From assembly GCA_001938485.1 (NCBI GenBank), contig MQRK01168300.1, positions 2,433 through 66,432 on the forward strand: DNA of 64,000 nt, in the 5' to 3' direction. The notes beneath the pieces are model-generated. The model searched no databases and had not been told where the DNA came from. It worked only from the letters and a program-made list of their open reading frames with translations. The position numbers and the translations under genes are program-made. The DNA comes from Girardia tigrina. Lineage: Eukaryota. Shown piece after piece: positions 49,179 through 63,740 of the stretch. Numbering within the stretch: position 1 is the first letter of the stretch; every line of letters begins with the position of its first letter.

Positions 49179-51858
49179 ATGTCGATGTTTATGAACGATG
49201 AAGAAAATTACTCAAGTTTCGTCAATGTTGATTTATCTGATTCACCATTTCATAAAGTTTTTCATCCAACAAAAAGTGAACAGTTTTATTTCTCTCTCAA
49301 TTCTTTTTTCAACATAGATATTTTCAGACAACATTGCAAATTTGTATTTTTAATCAACATTTATAATAAATTGTTTTCTGTCGATAATAAATATCCTAGT
49401 GAATGGATCAATGAATTGAGAAGTCAGTGTCATGCAGTTGGAACACAGTTGGCCAATTGTGAGGATCAATCACTCATACTGCCGTATTTATATATGAACT
49501 TACTGAGTTCGAATTGGTTGGGAGAATCTGTAAATAAATTATTTATTCAAGATCAAAACACAATCTATATGTTTCATTTACTCTTCTTAAATTTTTCACA
49601 CATCTTTCAACATAGCAATTTATCCTCCAGACATTTAAAGAATACCCTTTCTCTATATACAGATCTAATTAAATATCGAGAAGTACGACTTTTTCTTATA
49701 AATTCTTCATTTTTAAAAAGTGATCCGAGTAATTTATTCAAGGAGAAACCAATTGAAAATATTTCTCATCTTGAATCTATATATAATATAATTGGATTTC
49801 CTGAAGGAGAATCCACAATTACGAATCACCAAACTACTTCTCATTCTTCAAATGACTTTGTTAACTTATGTTCTGAATTGTGGGATTTACAAAAAAATAT
49901 CATGTTGATATTCCTCCGTTCCGAAGCTAAACAAATAACTGTAGACTTTTTGTATCAATATTTAAATAATCATATGAAAATTGTTGGTGATATTAATTAT
50001 GATCATGAAATAAAAAGAAATGGTTTCATGATTAATTTGAATGCATTTTTGCAAAATGTAGCATCAATGGTTTGCTTGGATAATATAGACGAAGATTATT
50101 TAAATCGGGAAGAATATCCATGCAACCCAAGGGAGGGTATCGGTAGACATTTGTTTGAAGAAGTAAGAATTGCTGCTGACAAGGACGATTTATTATGTTA
50201 CTCAATAGATTTATCGAATGATCCGTCGTATATTAAACTGAATTTAGAAACTCAATTATTTTACTGGAGTTTTTTGAGTTATAAAATGTCAATTTTACCA
50301 GCTTGGCGTACATACAAAACAATCGATATGAACTTGAAAAATATGGAAGAAGAAAAATGGCATTTAGAACAACACATTATGTATAATAATTTACAACATG
50401 ATTCACAAACAATGGGAATAATTTATGAAATGGAACAAAATATCAAAAATATGAAACTCATGAAAATTAGTTACGAAAATGTTTTATTGAGTGACGATTT
50501 TACAGAACGAACTTTGGAATTTCTCGTGACGAAAAGCAAATATATTTTAAGATACCAAAATGATGAAAGACATTTCAAATATTTATTACAATTATTATTT
50601 GAAAATATTTCCGACTCTTTATTGTTATTATTGGAAAATTGTCCACGAAAAATCGCGATGATTTTGAACTCATTTAAGTTCGAATCGATTGTTGAACTCG
50701 TCGTTCTCGTAATTAATAAGTCAAACTGCTTTACATCGCCGTATTTAGTACGCAAATTTGTAAAAATATTTGAAATTTTTGTTTGTAATGTCGGTAATAA
50801 ACTAATGGACCATTACAACTCAATATTCGTTGAAACATCTCATTTGTATGTGGGAATAGATTTTGTCAATAACTTGATCCAATATTTCAATGCCATTGAG
50901 AAAATGGAGTCAGGCATTTACACAAATGATAAATACAATACGAGATGTGCCATTTGTAACATTCTTCTCATTCTGTGTTTGGAGGCTCCATCTATCATTA
51001 AACTTGACGATTATTCCTTAACTAAATTTCTTAACTTTTCCTTCGATGATATAACACATTTGATGGAAAAAACTTTTGAAAATATAAAGAAAGTGCAAAA
51101 TATTCAATATACAGTTAAATCAATAAGCGGTTTGTCGAAAGAACAACATTATAACTTATCTGAAGAAATGTGCTTTTACCAACAAAATATTCCCGCATAC
51201 ATAAATAATGTTACATATTATTGTCGTTTCCTCGAGCTATTATCTAAAAATAATCAAAAACATTTTTTTAAAAAAGAAATAATTGATAAATGTGTCACAA
51301 TGTTTCATTATGTGTTTTGTGAAATCTCCGGTCCAAATAAAAAGAATTTATACATCGAAAATACCGAACAATTTAACTGGAGACCGAGATTGATATTTTC
51401 CATGTTCTTAGACATTTATTTAAATCTTAGTTCCGATCCTTTTCATAAAGCAATATCAAAAGAAGAAATATATTTTACAGATGAAAATTTTTATCATTTT
51501 TATGATTTTAATATGAAGAAGGACGATCAACTAAGAAAGAGATGCTTGAAATTGAAAGTTGTTTTAAATAAATCAAGTTATTTCAGAAACAAATATGAAA
51601 GAAGACAAAGCTGCCTGCATGATGCTCCAGATAAATTTATTTATTATTTCGGGTACAATAATGTCTGATCCGGTAAAGATTCCTCATTCAAATGTCATAA
51701 TCGACAATAAAGTTATTAAACGACATTTACTGACGAATAATTTTGATCCGTTTAGTCGTTTACCTTTAAAAGTTGAAGACTTGATTCCACAACGGGATTT
51801 AAAATCCGAAATTAAATCGTGGAAAAGAAGAAAATATAAAGTATATAATATTCATTAA
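49179..51858 (+). CDS. Intronless Ufd2/UBE4B-like U-box E4 ubiquitin ligase, frameshifted at ~51642
   Basis: Ufd2-core motifs NGFMINL, SPYLVRKFV, DKYNTR and SGPNKKNL...DIYLNL. The U-box DAPDKF|..TIMSDPV...IKRHLL...DPFSRLPL continues in the +1 frame. AATAAA at ~51886. Confidence 0.8.
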
Positions 51859-52048
51859 AGATATTGTTATAAGAATAATGTTGTAAATAAATGCATTTTA
51901 TTGTTCTACTAAATATTTTTGCCAATCTTTTTGATGTATTATTATTATTATTATTATCTGAAGTCTTTCGATATCAAAAAATAATATCATTCATAAAATA
52001 TAATGTTTTGTGCAGCATGGACTAACAAGAAGTAGATAACTCTTACTG

Positions 52049-53020
52049 TTAGGGAATTAAAGTGAATCCTATTGCCCGTTTAACTCTAAACCACCAAGAC
52101 TTTTTTGACAGAATGTTACCTTTATTATTACCTGTGGTCAACCAAGTCAGAGCCGAAGACAAATCAGCGAAGTCCACATTTAACCGAGAAGCAGCAGTGA
52201 AACAAAGGGAATCAGAGATTATTTGTTTTGTATTAGAGCATTTTGAGTTCAGCAGGCGAAAAGCTTGCACAATACTCTGTATGCTGTATTCGTCTCGAAG
52301 ATCATTCCAGCCCGCTCCCCCGTTATCAGTAGAAGAGTACAGGTAACAGACTTCCGAATTTTTAGGTAGATTTAACATTCGACGTAAAGCAGATCGCAGT
52401 TTACTGCTAACATTAGATTGATTATTGTTTTTACTGGTTTTAAAAGATAAAAACGTTGTTTTAATTTCTCTGGTCCGAAGTGAATAAATAAGTCATGGAT
52501 ATAAAATAAATTTAAATGCCTTTAACTTTTGCCAATTAGGTAAATCTGAGTCGAGAATTTTATTTGTGACAGAGACTAGTTTTTTAAGAGTGTCATATTG
52601 TGTTTGATCATAGTTAATTCCTATTGGAACACCTAAATACATATAGAATTCTTTCGGTTTTAATTTCTTTATTGGTGTCTCTTTTATATAAACTTCAGTA
52701 TTTTCTTTCTCTCATAGAATTGTAAATATGCACATTTATCAGGGCGGTATACAATGCCTGATTTTTCTGTGACAAAAACTGCTTTATTAATCATACTTTG
52801 TAAGTCATGATTTTTATTTACTATAAGCGCAGTATCATCCGCATATACCAACACTTGTACAGGAGAATTTCCTAACATGAATGGGGAGATATTCATTGAA
52901 CTTACTGCTTCTAGAACCGGATTAATCACTAGGGAGAACAAAGTCATAGAAAGAGGGCATCCTTGCCGAACACCCTTTGTGACTTTGATATTGGGGGTTA
53001 CAAGCGAGTCGCAGCTGTAA
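52049..53020 (-). mobile_element. R2-group (NeSL/Utopia-like) reverse transcriptase remnant
   Basis: KGVRQGCPLSMTLF, VYADD, YLGVPIG, YLYSSTDNGGAG. Confidence 0.85.
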
Positions 53021-53454
53021 TATTAACTATTATCTGTATATAATAGTTGAATTATATTATAATTTATATGTATTTGTTGTTAAAATTAATAAATATTTAC
53101 AAATATTTATATTTTTCATAGATGGGATATTTTTGATAAATAAATATAAAATTATATTTTTTATATAAATAAATAAAATATTTAACAAGGTTTGAGTAAA
53201 TAAAAGAAGAAAGAGAGACAGATATTTAAAATCAAATAATAAATAATAAATTCAAATTAAAATAAAATTTAGGCTAATTATTCTAGTTATCTAATTTTAG
53301 TAAATAGTGAATTGGAAGCTTCGAAAACAAAATTTATTATAAATTATTTATTTAATTTAAATTTTGATAATGGAAATGAATTTAACATACTGAAAAATAT
53401 TTCTTGTGAATTTTTGCATTAATATACATGAATACTACAGGAAGAGAATTTAAA

Positions 53455-54234
53455 AGGTTATCTTATGTCCAGCTGCTTGCTTGCCATTCTAATCGATGTT
53501 GAAGGACTTTGCTTGATCAATTTCTCAACTTCTTAACATTTTCTTCGACAATAACCATATTTTTCTTCATTTTCATCCCTTCTTTATCGACCATTACTCT
53601 ACTAATAGTCATAAATTTGTCAAATACTCTAAAATAATGATAAAAATGTTTAATTCATTTTAAATGCTATACTAACCTTTTAATTGTCTTTGGATCTATA
53701 TTGTGGTGATTTCCAAACTTTTTCTTGAATAATTTAATCGCTTCTGATGGTTAATTCGTATCCCGATTAAATAAATCCATAAAACATCGTTGTTCTGTAG
53801 AATATCGGTTCATTTTCTCTGAATAAAGATGAAACTTGAGCACTTTCGAAACTAAAACACACTCTAAATAAACAATACGAATTCTAAGGATCAAAATTTA
53901 ATTACAAATTGATCGATTTAAGGTTTTAATCGATGAAATTAATTTAAATATCGATAAATAAAAATTTTTAAAACTTATAATTTATTGAATAACTTTGTTA
54001 CTGTTCATTTAGGGTCAATGTATACTTCAAAGAAGTTGTTTAAAATTGAACAATCCATAAAATGAGTCATTATTTAACTTGTTTGTCTAAAATTTTTTGA
54101 AAAATTTTGTTACGTAATTTGTTATATGATGATTAATTTTTAAAAAAAATTTATTAGTCAATATACAATACATATACCCTAAACTTCAATTTAACATCAA
54201 AATTAGCGAAGGCATACCCTGTGGGAAACCCTGT
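53455..54234 (-). mobile_element. 5' part of a Tc1-like element; 48-nt intron 53629..53676
   Basis: MNRYSTEQR...KTIKR|VFDKFMT (HTH-like). TIR-like CAGGGTTTCCCAC at 54233. Confidence 0.6.
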
Positions 54235-54497
54235 ATATTATATAACAATTAATGAAATCCGAGCTCGTGTTGGACCCATTGTCTGTGCTACCATGCCCGA
54301 TATTCGTAAAATCGGCCAGTGTCCGTACGGGCCGCATTTTAGCTTATGATTAATTATCACAATTAATTGTTAAACATTTTATGTAGATAAGAAAACGATT
54401 TTTAAAAGTACAAGTTGACAAGATTTTTGATAATAAGAATGTAAAGCTGGGCTCATTACTTGAAGCGGTTTCATCTGGATATATATAGACATTAGAT

Positions 54498-55718
54498 ATC
54501 GTGTGTTCCATAAATAGTTGGAAATTTCAAACGTAGTTATTTCAAACAAAATTCACATTTTTCCAAAGCTGAGTAATTACAAACAGGTTCAGATATAATA
54601 AAGTTTTTAATACAAATAAGCTTGAGAAATTTCCACCTCAAAATACAAAGCACATCTCTCAAAAACTGAGTTAACACAATTAGAAAAGAAACATCGAGAC
54701 AGGGAATGAAATTCATTTTGAATAGAAGTTTTTAGTTCTTCTACTGAATTATAGTTCTTGGAACACACTTATTTTAAGATGGGGCCACAATCCAAAATCT
54801 TTTGGCGTCAAATTGGGTGAATATCTTAGCCAAGCATAGGAAAGCCTCGGCTTATTACAGCATCTTCTCCAAATTCTCCTTTCAAAAACTCTTTGGTGTC
54901 CAATGCAGTGCGAGACGTTGCCCCGTCCTGCTGAAATATGGTTGTGCTGAACCTTTTGTGCTTCTTTAAGTTCGGAATTACATAATCCTTCAACATTTTC
55001 TGATATCTCTCAGCTGTGACTGTGGAATTAAAAAAGAAAGGTCCAATGCACACTTGTGATGAAAATCCCGCCCAGACCATTATTTTCTAGGGATATTGTT
55101 TCGCAGGGAAACTGGGCTTTGGAGGAGAAAAACTGCCTTTTGGTGCCCATATCCTATAGTTCTTCTTATTTAAATGAGAATTGTCGTCGAAAATGGACTA
55201 ATCAATGATTAGGATTCTGTCGAGGAAATCAGGATCTGCATCCACTTGTGCGAGGAATTTTTCACAAAATGTATGTCTTTCTTGTTGTCTGCTATTAGCA
55301 GAAACAAAGTGTTCATACTGCTTTTTGTATGGGAACTTGTTAAGTTTGTGTGTTAAAATACGATGGACAGTATTTCGTAAAAAAACTTTGATAATTTTGT
55401 TAACTGATTTGCAAAGCGAACAGATTTAACTTCCCCAATCTCAGCTATGACGTTAACATTTTCATCGTTCTCTTTTCGACCAGGAGGACTTCGTTTATTT
55501 GATGAACCTGTTTCCGAGAAATTCTTCAATAAATAATCCACTATTAAATGGGAAAGTTTCTCAGAATTCTTTGTTATGTTTTTCTCTGGGTGATACCCAC
55601 GTATCGCTCCAGTAACCGATTCTTCTTGCAAGTAATAATGTTTCACTAACAATAATTTATCGCTCAAAGGTAGATTCATATTTGTAAGTCCGTCGTAAAA
55701 GTAATAACAATGTTTCAA
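54498..55718 (-). mobile_element. Decayed Tc1/mariner (DD41D-like) element
   Basis: KNFSETGS, MVWAGFS, FQQDGA, YSPNLTPKDFGLW. Confidence 0.8.
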
Positions 55719-55735
55719 AATAAAATCGTTTTAAA

Positions 55736-56213
55736 TTGTCAGCCGAAAAATGGATTGTTTACAACAAAACGTGTGATCCTGCCAAAACGATCCCAAAAGC
55801 AGAAATTCACCAAAATAAGGTTATGCTTTCCGTCTGGTGGGATTTTAAAGGAATTGTGTTTTTTGAATTCCTTCCGAGAAATGAATCCATATCAATTCAG
55901 ACAGATATTGTGGTCAGCTGGAGAAATTGCCGCACCCACCGTATTCTCCAGACTTGGCCCCATCGGATTTTCACTTATTCCTTAAACAGAAAAACATTCG
56001 CCAGTGATGATGACATCAAATCGTTCCTAGACGGCTTTTTTGCTGACAAAGGCAAAGGTTTTTATGAATCAGGAATAATGAAGCTACCGGAAAGGTGGAA
56101 GAAAGTGATTGAAAATAATGGACAGTATATCGTGTAAAAATATTTGTGCATCCATGTCATTTTTTGATAATAAATATTTTAGTAAAAAACACAATGACTT
56201 TTTGACCAACCCA
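55736..56213 (+). mobile_element. Mariner 3' half with TIR
   Basis: EKWIVYN, KVMLSVWWD, GIMKLPERWKKVIENNGQY; TIR ...GACTTTTTGACCAACCCAA|TA. Confidence 0.85.
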
Positions 56214-58249
56214 ATATTTTGTAAAAATTTTAAAATAACGAAATAAAGAGGCTGAATTGATTTTTATAAAAACAATAAATTTGGTAAAATTTATAATGTA
56301 GAAGAAAATTGGTTTGAAACAAAATAAAGTTAAGTTAAATATTTTTTAACGAAATTATTTTTAAAACAAAAAGTTTATTATAAATTAAATTTAAAATATC
56401 TTAAATAATTTCAGAGATAAATTTAATTAGGAAAAGTTTAATAAATTTAAACAAAAGTAGAAATTTGATTCTAAAGGAAATTTAATTAACTGATATTTGT
56501 CAATATGAATAAATCAAAAAGAAATTTGTTTAAATTTGTGTGTAATTTTCATTAATAAATTTTTGTGTGAAATTATAAATTCTAATCCGAATCAAACTTC
56601 TTCAAAGATAAATTCAAGGTAACTAGCAACCATCATTGGTTAAGTCTACGAATGCTTCATGAAGTCTTCATGATGCATAACACATCTCTCCTAAATCTCT
56701 GTTCGGTATTCTGTAGTGCCTTAATCGCCAAATATTTCTTGAAATGCTTCGAAAAATTTCATTCTCTACCAAAAATTGGTAATTGTAATGTAAAAAAATA
56801 GTGTTTGAGAATTAAATAATAAAGTAAATGAGAAAGCCCAGTGAAACCTATCGGCTGAATTTCTCACAAGTTACTAAAAAGTTTGTGATTTGCATTATTG
56901 GAGAGACAATGGAATTACTTGAATGTAATTTAGATTTATCAAAGCGGTTTTTCCAGAATCAGCAGTTTTGGTTTGGATCTGGGATTCTTTGAAGTTTCTA
57001 TCCGTAGATTCTGTTAGAAATTAAAAAATGTTAGAAAAAGTTTTGAAATAAGGTTAAATGAAATATATACAGAATAAAATTTAGATATATTTAAATATGT
57101 AAAGTTTGAAAAAGAAATTTTAAAAATTAAGAAGATCTAATTGAACTGCTAAGAATTAAGAATTTTTGAAATAAAATATACAAATGTATAATTTCAAAAT
57201 ATATAACGATTTTTTTTTTAAAATTAATAAAATTAAACGAAACGATTAAATATTTTGAAATGTTATCATAATTTAATATTGATTTATAAAATTTAAAATA
57301 AAATCAAATATTAATATTATGTGTTTTTATTCATATCGGTTTAAGAATTATAAAAAAAATTGTTTCTCGAAAAAATAAGTTTGTTTAAATATTAGTTTTA
57401 AACATTTGTTTTGTATTTTAATAAAATTTGGATGTCGGAAGTAAGTGTTCGTAATAATGCCGAGAATGTTCCAAGAACATCTAACAGTTTCTTTGATGTT
57501 TTTATGCATAGATGACAAATATTTTTTGAACGCATCACTGTTTAGGAATCTTCATTTCATTTCCAAGAACAGTACTGAGAACATCCTTCCTTGTTCCTGT
57601 CACACCACATTACAAATAGTTTTATGAGTTGCCTTATAGTCTTAATATAATCAGTGTAATCATCAACGATTGCACTTTCTCATTTCACGAGATGGTATAC
57701 AATTGCTTTTTTGGTACCCTCGAGCTCATTATCCACGGAAATATTTGTGATATATTTATGTTGTTCAGGAAATACACTATCTAGGCATTATTTTTAGGGA
57801 ATTTTGTCATCCACCTTCTTTCACATCACATTGAATTTGCTATCGTTAAACTACTTTACCTATTGACGACAGGTTCGTGTTTTGCTCATAATTAGAATTT
57901 ATCTGCAGGGGTTTCGACGTATTCAACAGCGATCAATGAATGAATAAATATTTTAACGCTCATTCATTTGACTGTGTTAATTAAAAATCCTTTAACTATT
58001 ATATTTGTAATCCCCTTAAAATAATCCCCTTAACTAATAATTATAAAATAATATTTTCATGAAAGTCGAAATTGTCTAAATTAGAAATGAATATCGGACA
58101 AAACCTTTTTTCTAACCCTGTATATCAACATGTAAACATTTATTTAATACTTCTTCCCAATATTTATCATTCTTTAGAAATGAAAATAGTTTCAAATAAA
58201 TTTATCTATAACATAACAATATACCTTTAATTTGGTCTCCCTCGATAGT

Positions 58250-58640
58250 ACGGGTTTCGACAAATGTAGCATTGATGTACATTGAACTAAACTACTAAAA
58301 ACTGTAGAATCGAATAGTAATAGAAAATATGTTTTGTAATAAATCACCTACTCCTTTAAGTTTGTGTTCGGACGTTATTTATAAGTATACGTGTAATGAG
58401 TGCAGTGCCACACACATGGGTGAGACTCCCGTCATCTCAGTAAAGAATCCATGAACACGTTCATAGAGGGGGCTACAGAATAGGAAAACTTTTAAATGTA
58501 GCTTGAGTATAAATGATTTCAAAATTATGTGCAACTTTTTTTAAAAAATATTGGGAGAGAGTATCATGGTGAACTTTGTTATTAAGATCTTGATATCCTA
58601 AAATCAATATGCAAACAGCACTCTCAACCTATTTAATATT
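58250..58640 (+). mobile_element. Penelope-like GIY-YIG remnant
   Basis: NKSPTPLSLCSDVIYKYTCNECSATHMGET; same family as the copies near 20061 and 43712. Confidence 0.75.
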
Positions 58641-58711
58641 CACATTTGCGCCAAAACACAATATTAAAACAAATCAGGAGTTTATAAAATTAATCTGGAT
58701 CCAAATTACAA

Positions 58712-58752
<41 letters not shown>

Positions 58753-61133
58753 ATATGATAATTTAATATAAAAAGTAATATATAAGTTAATTTTCCTCAC
58801 TGTAATATTTTTCAAAAATTAAAAAAATATTTCTGTTCTTTTAATTTGAGAGATTTGAATAATTTAAAATTAGTTTAATTATTTTTTATAATGTTATTAA
58901 AATGTTATTTTCAAGTTAAATGAATTATTTGATCCACCGGGGGGGTATGTGAATGAAAAGAAAAAAATCCTAAATGCAAATCGAGCAAGAAAATCCAAAG
59001 TTAATGTACCACTTCAACAAAAAGTAAACTTATTGGATCAAAACAAAATGTCTCCCACAAATCGTCAAATGAAATTACTAATTAATCACACATATAGAAC
59101 GACACACGGATAAAACCACACATTGACAAAAACACACTGATAAAATGGCACAGATTCAAAATATAAATAATATTAAAATAATTAATTTAAACTTTTATTA
59201 AATCAAATGATCCATTTTTTGCAAATATCGGTAATAAAAATTATATGGAATATAAATTTCGTCAAAGAAATTATTAAGAAATTACTATCACCAATTCGTT
59301 AAATGATTGTATTACCTTGCTGTTAGTGATTTTAACTAATTTTTATCCCCAAGACTGCAATCTTGTTAGTGGTGACATCAGATTTATTTCTTCTTTTTGC
59401 CTTTTCATTCAAATAAAATTTTTGTTGTAAAGTTCTTTAAAATAAATATTTTTATAAATATTTATAAAAATAAAATTTAACAAGTAAAAACAAAGTCTTA
59501 AATTGGTCAGTTTCCTTAACATATTATTTCAATAGCCATAAATATTAGTAAAAATTCTAAAAAATGTTTTTTCATAAATATTTGAGTCTCAAATATTACG
59601 CCATGAGCACTTTATTCGGATTGTGCGCCCAGTGTGCGTACTATTCGAACACAACACCTAGGCGTTGTTTCGAGGTAAGACAGTAGTAGCACTGACTCTA
59701 CTTCGTTTTTGGGTCTTTATATAACGTAACAAGAGAATTTACAATTAACATTCACACATAAATTGTATTCCATTAAAAGCAAATGAAAAAGAAGAAGAAA
59801 AAACGTATTTTATTTTCATTTAATTTGTATAAATATTAATTTATTTTCAAAGAGAGGTTTTTGCAAAAGTGAAAAGTCGAACGAGAATCCGATTGAGATG
59901 ATTCTAAGATCAAGATTCCCGTGTAATCCGATCATTTCCATTCGTATTGTTGCTGAAACATAATCTTAATTTGAAACTAATTCTTCTTTGAAATTCTTTT
60001 CAAACGCGTAATTTTTTTCAAACAATTTTTCCCCGTTTCATTTTTAAAGAAATCGCATTTTTATTTTATTATTGAATATTTTTTTGATTATTTTTTTTAA
60101 TTAATTTTATTGAATTTAAAAAAAAATATATTTACACAAAAATTATTTATTTATTTTTAAGTGATAGAAATATTATTTTAGTGAAAAAAAAACAAGTCGT
60201 TCTAAACTTGGCTTGGTCTGTTCGGTTTGGAAGGATTCGTTGTACAGAGGTTTAGACAAAACGAGAGTCATTTTATTTATTTATTTATATATTTATCGAG
60301 TATTTTTATTATGAAATAACAAAGTAAATATTTTTAAAAAGAATAATAAAACAGAGGTTTATGAATTATCAAGAGTCAAAATTACGAAAAATAAATAAAA
60401 TATTTAGCAATGAGCATTTTCTATTTTATTTATTTCTCTTTCTTATATTTTATAGAGAAATATGATTTTATGAAGGCAAAGTATAATCTTTACGCGACAG
60501 GCTGGCTTGAACATGACACTCGTAAAATTTGCATGAATACATCTGCATTGAAAACAATTAGTTAAATTATCCCCGAAAATCGACCGAGGGGCTTTAAGTG
60601 CAATCCGACTTTTCGGCCCTAAGTACGACTGATTCCTATTCTCTAGCGCCGATGAAACGCGATCGCAAAGCCGTCTTGAATAAAAGGATTACTATTTTCT
60701 TTTAATCTTCTTTGATATCATAATTCTCTGCCGACTTTATACCATACCAAACTTCTAAAAGAGTATTACAGTATCTGTATATTTTGTGTTTCAGTGTCGC
60801 ATATTATAATTACGAAGATTATAATTATAATATATCCATGGTTCTACATACCTTTGGCTGTATTCGTGGACTTCGTAAAGCCGCGAAAGGGTCATCTGAA
60901 CTCTCCCCTTGCAGTTATATTCAATCCTAAAAGTCAGGTGTCTTTCTTCAGTACCTATCGATTTTTCCACCGCCGTCGAGATGGTGGAATAGTTAAAAAT
61001 ATTATTAAAAAATATTAATTAAATTTTTTTAAAAAAAATATCATTTTGATATTCAATCTAATCATTGACGAAAGTCAATTTATTGCGAAGTTATTTCCAA
61101 TTGAAAATGGTTTTGTCAACGGAGGAGAGAATA

Positions 61134-61181
<48 letters not shown>

Positions 61182-61644
61182 ATATTAGGAAAAGGAGTGT
61201 GGGGGCGTTAGAAGTTCCCATTGCGGATAGGATCAGGTTCTTTAGGGAAGGTTCTTTAGTTTAATTTTTAAACTTAAATTTCAAAACTTTTCTTTTAGGA
61301 TTATTCCTAAATTACATATTTCTTGTATCCAATTCTAGAGCAATCCAATACAGAATCAAAGCACTTGTGAAGTAATGAGATCTTCGGCAAGTCTCAAAGG
61401 TCTCACTAAATGAACCAGGTTGGGGTTTCTGAAATAGTGTTAACTAGGATCAGGTATTTGCACTAGAATAACCAAAATACCATTACGAACGGCGATACTT
61501 TAACGAAAGTATTTTCTATCGATTTAATTTTTCAAGTTCCAAGAAATATTGTTATGATCTAACTTAGTTATGAAAAGTCTCAAAAATTCAAGACGATTGA
61601 AACTATTAAAAAATTGCTTTAGGGTCAAAAATGATCCTCTAGAT

Positions 61645-63740
61645 TAGCGATTCCCAACCTTTCTTGATCGCGGACCGGTCAGCATATATTTAATATATTA
61701 CTTGATGCATATTATATAGATATTATATGGAAATAAATTTAATAAATTTAACATAAATTTTATTTAAACATTACAGTGGGACACAAATCACAATGCAATA
61801 CAATCAAATCGAATCAATGTGAAATATACTGCTGCTTTTTATTGAAAATCTTTTCGAGGTGTGGGTGTAACGATGTTTCAGATAGGCAGCATTTACTTCA
61901 AGTGGGTTTCGATATTTGGTGTTACTAGCCGTCATGGAAGAAAACGTTTTTTTCACAAATGTATTTTGTTGCAAAAGTAATCAAAAGTTTCAATTCATTT
62001 TCATTTAGTATCGAATACTCTTCCATCACAGAAATCCAGAACTGTGTCAAAGACATTGATTAAAATTTATTTTTAGGGTGCAGTCAGCCGACAATTCAAT
62101 GAGATTTTCCTTCTCTTTTGGTGTAAGTTTCGTAGAGTTAATGTTTCTTTTTTAATGGATCACAAATCCAAACGTTTCCAGTGCGAGGATCTTCATCTTC
62201 AGGGTAATACTTTCAAAGTATTTAACCAATGACTGCAGAGGCAAACTTACAACACTGATAATAACTGTTCGGTTCAAGTCAGAAGACATCAAATAGTCAT
62301 CCAGAAGGATAAACTTCGGCAATTCTTTTTTTGTTAAGAACTGCTTTCACAATAACAGTTTATTTTTTAATGCTTCCACCTTATTTCAAAGTGTGAAAAT
62401 ATTCGCCATCCTTTCTAGGAGAGACAAGTTTAAATTATTGAGAATTGAGAATATTTCAGCCAAGTGAGTAACCTTCGCAATCAATTTCTTATTTTCTGGA
62501 AATTGCAAATGAACGGACTTTTGAACATGTAGAAATTCTTTTATTTCTTCTCTCAATTCAAAGAATCTTAAAAGAACCTTACCTCTTGACAACCACCTCA
62601 CTTCAGAATGTAATATGAATTGCTGGTGCTCAGAATCCCTATTTTGACACAGCATCTGAAACAGTCGAGAATTCAAAGATCGACTTTGAATTTCAATCGC
62701 AATCTCCACCACCTCATTCAGTATTATGTTTAAGTCAAAAGACAGTTCTTTTGTCGCTAGTTGTTCTCGATGGATCATAGAATGAGTGAGCAACATATCT
62801 GTATGACCAACTTGCTTCAATTTTGCCACTGTTCCTGAATGCAATCCACGCATGCTAGCAGCACCATTTGTTCATGCTTTAACACACTTTCTTAAATCTA
62901 GGTTGTGTTTTTCAAAAAAAACTGATAAAGCACTAAATATCTCTGAGCTGGTTGTGTATCCAGGCAAGTCGAGGACACGAAGAAGTTCTTCTATAATGTT
63001 TCCTTTATCTTCATACCGGATGAAACAGAGAAGAATGGCTAAGTTTCTGATGTCTGCAGTTTCATCCAACTGTATGGTGAGTTTTTAATTCCTTCGATCA
63101 CATGCTCTTCCACATCTGCAGCCATTTCCTCTATTCTTCTTTGAATTATGTTATCAGAAAGAGGAATCATCTTCGGTTTATCAGCAGCTTGAGATCCCAA
63201 AATTTCAATTGCAACCTTAATGAGACACGGTTTTATTAAGTTTGAAGCAACTGTAAATGCTTTTTTACATTTTGCAGAATTCAAAGCAACATAGAACGAT
63301 GTTTTCAAGAGAAATTTATCAGCAGTCTTCTTTTTCATCAAAGATCTTGACTGATTATCCAAATAATTACGGAGTCGCTCAAAAAATGACAGTGCTTTCA
63401 TTGCAAGATCTCGGTGCTTCGTATTCAAATGTCGACAAAGCTTTCATGGCTTCATGGCATCATTGGACAACATCTGAGAACAAATGACGCAAAGTGATCG
63501 AGGTAAAATCTCACTTCCTTGTTCCATATTGAAGCCAAACTTCAGGTACTCCTTATCATAATGTCGAAAAAAACTTTGTCTCAGCTTCTTTCTTGTATGA
63601 ATTTCACTACCATCATTGTCTGATTGCTTTGTCACCTGAACATCAGAATCCAATATACTCGGAACACATTCAGTACTTGTATCAGTACTACGTTATTCTA
63701 TTTGACAAAGCCCGCTTTTAAAAAAGCTTTCAATCTTTTA
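61645..63740 (-). mobile_element. Decayed hAT Buster/Charlie-type (ZBED5/SCAND3-like) transposon
   Basis: YLKFGF..CVIC..LSNDAMKP, LSDNIIQRRIEEMA, DETAD, HSMIHREQLA, EVRWLSRGKVL. TIR TAGCGATTCCCAACCT flanked by CTCTAGAT (nnnTAnnn). Confidence 0.88.
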
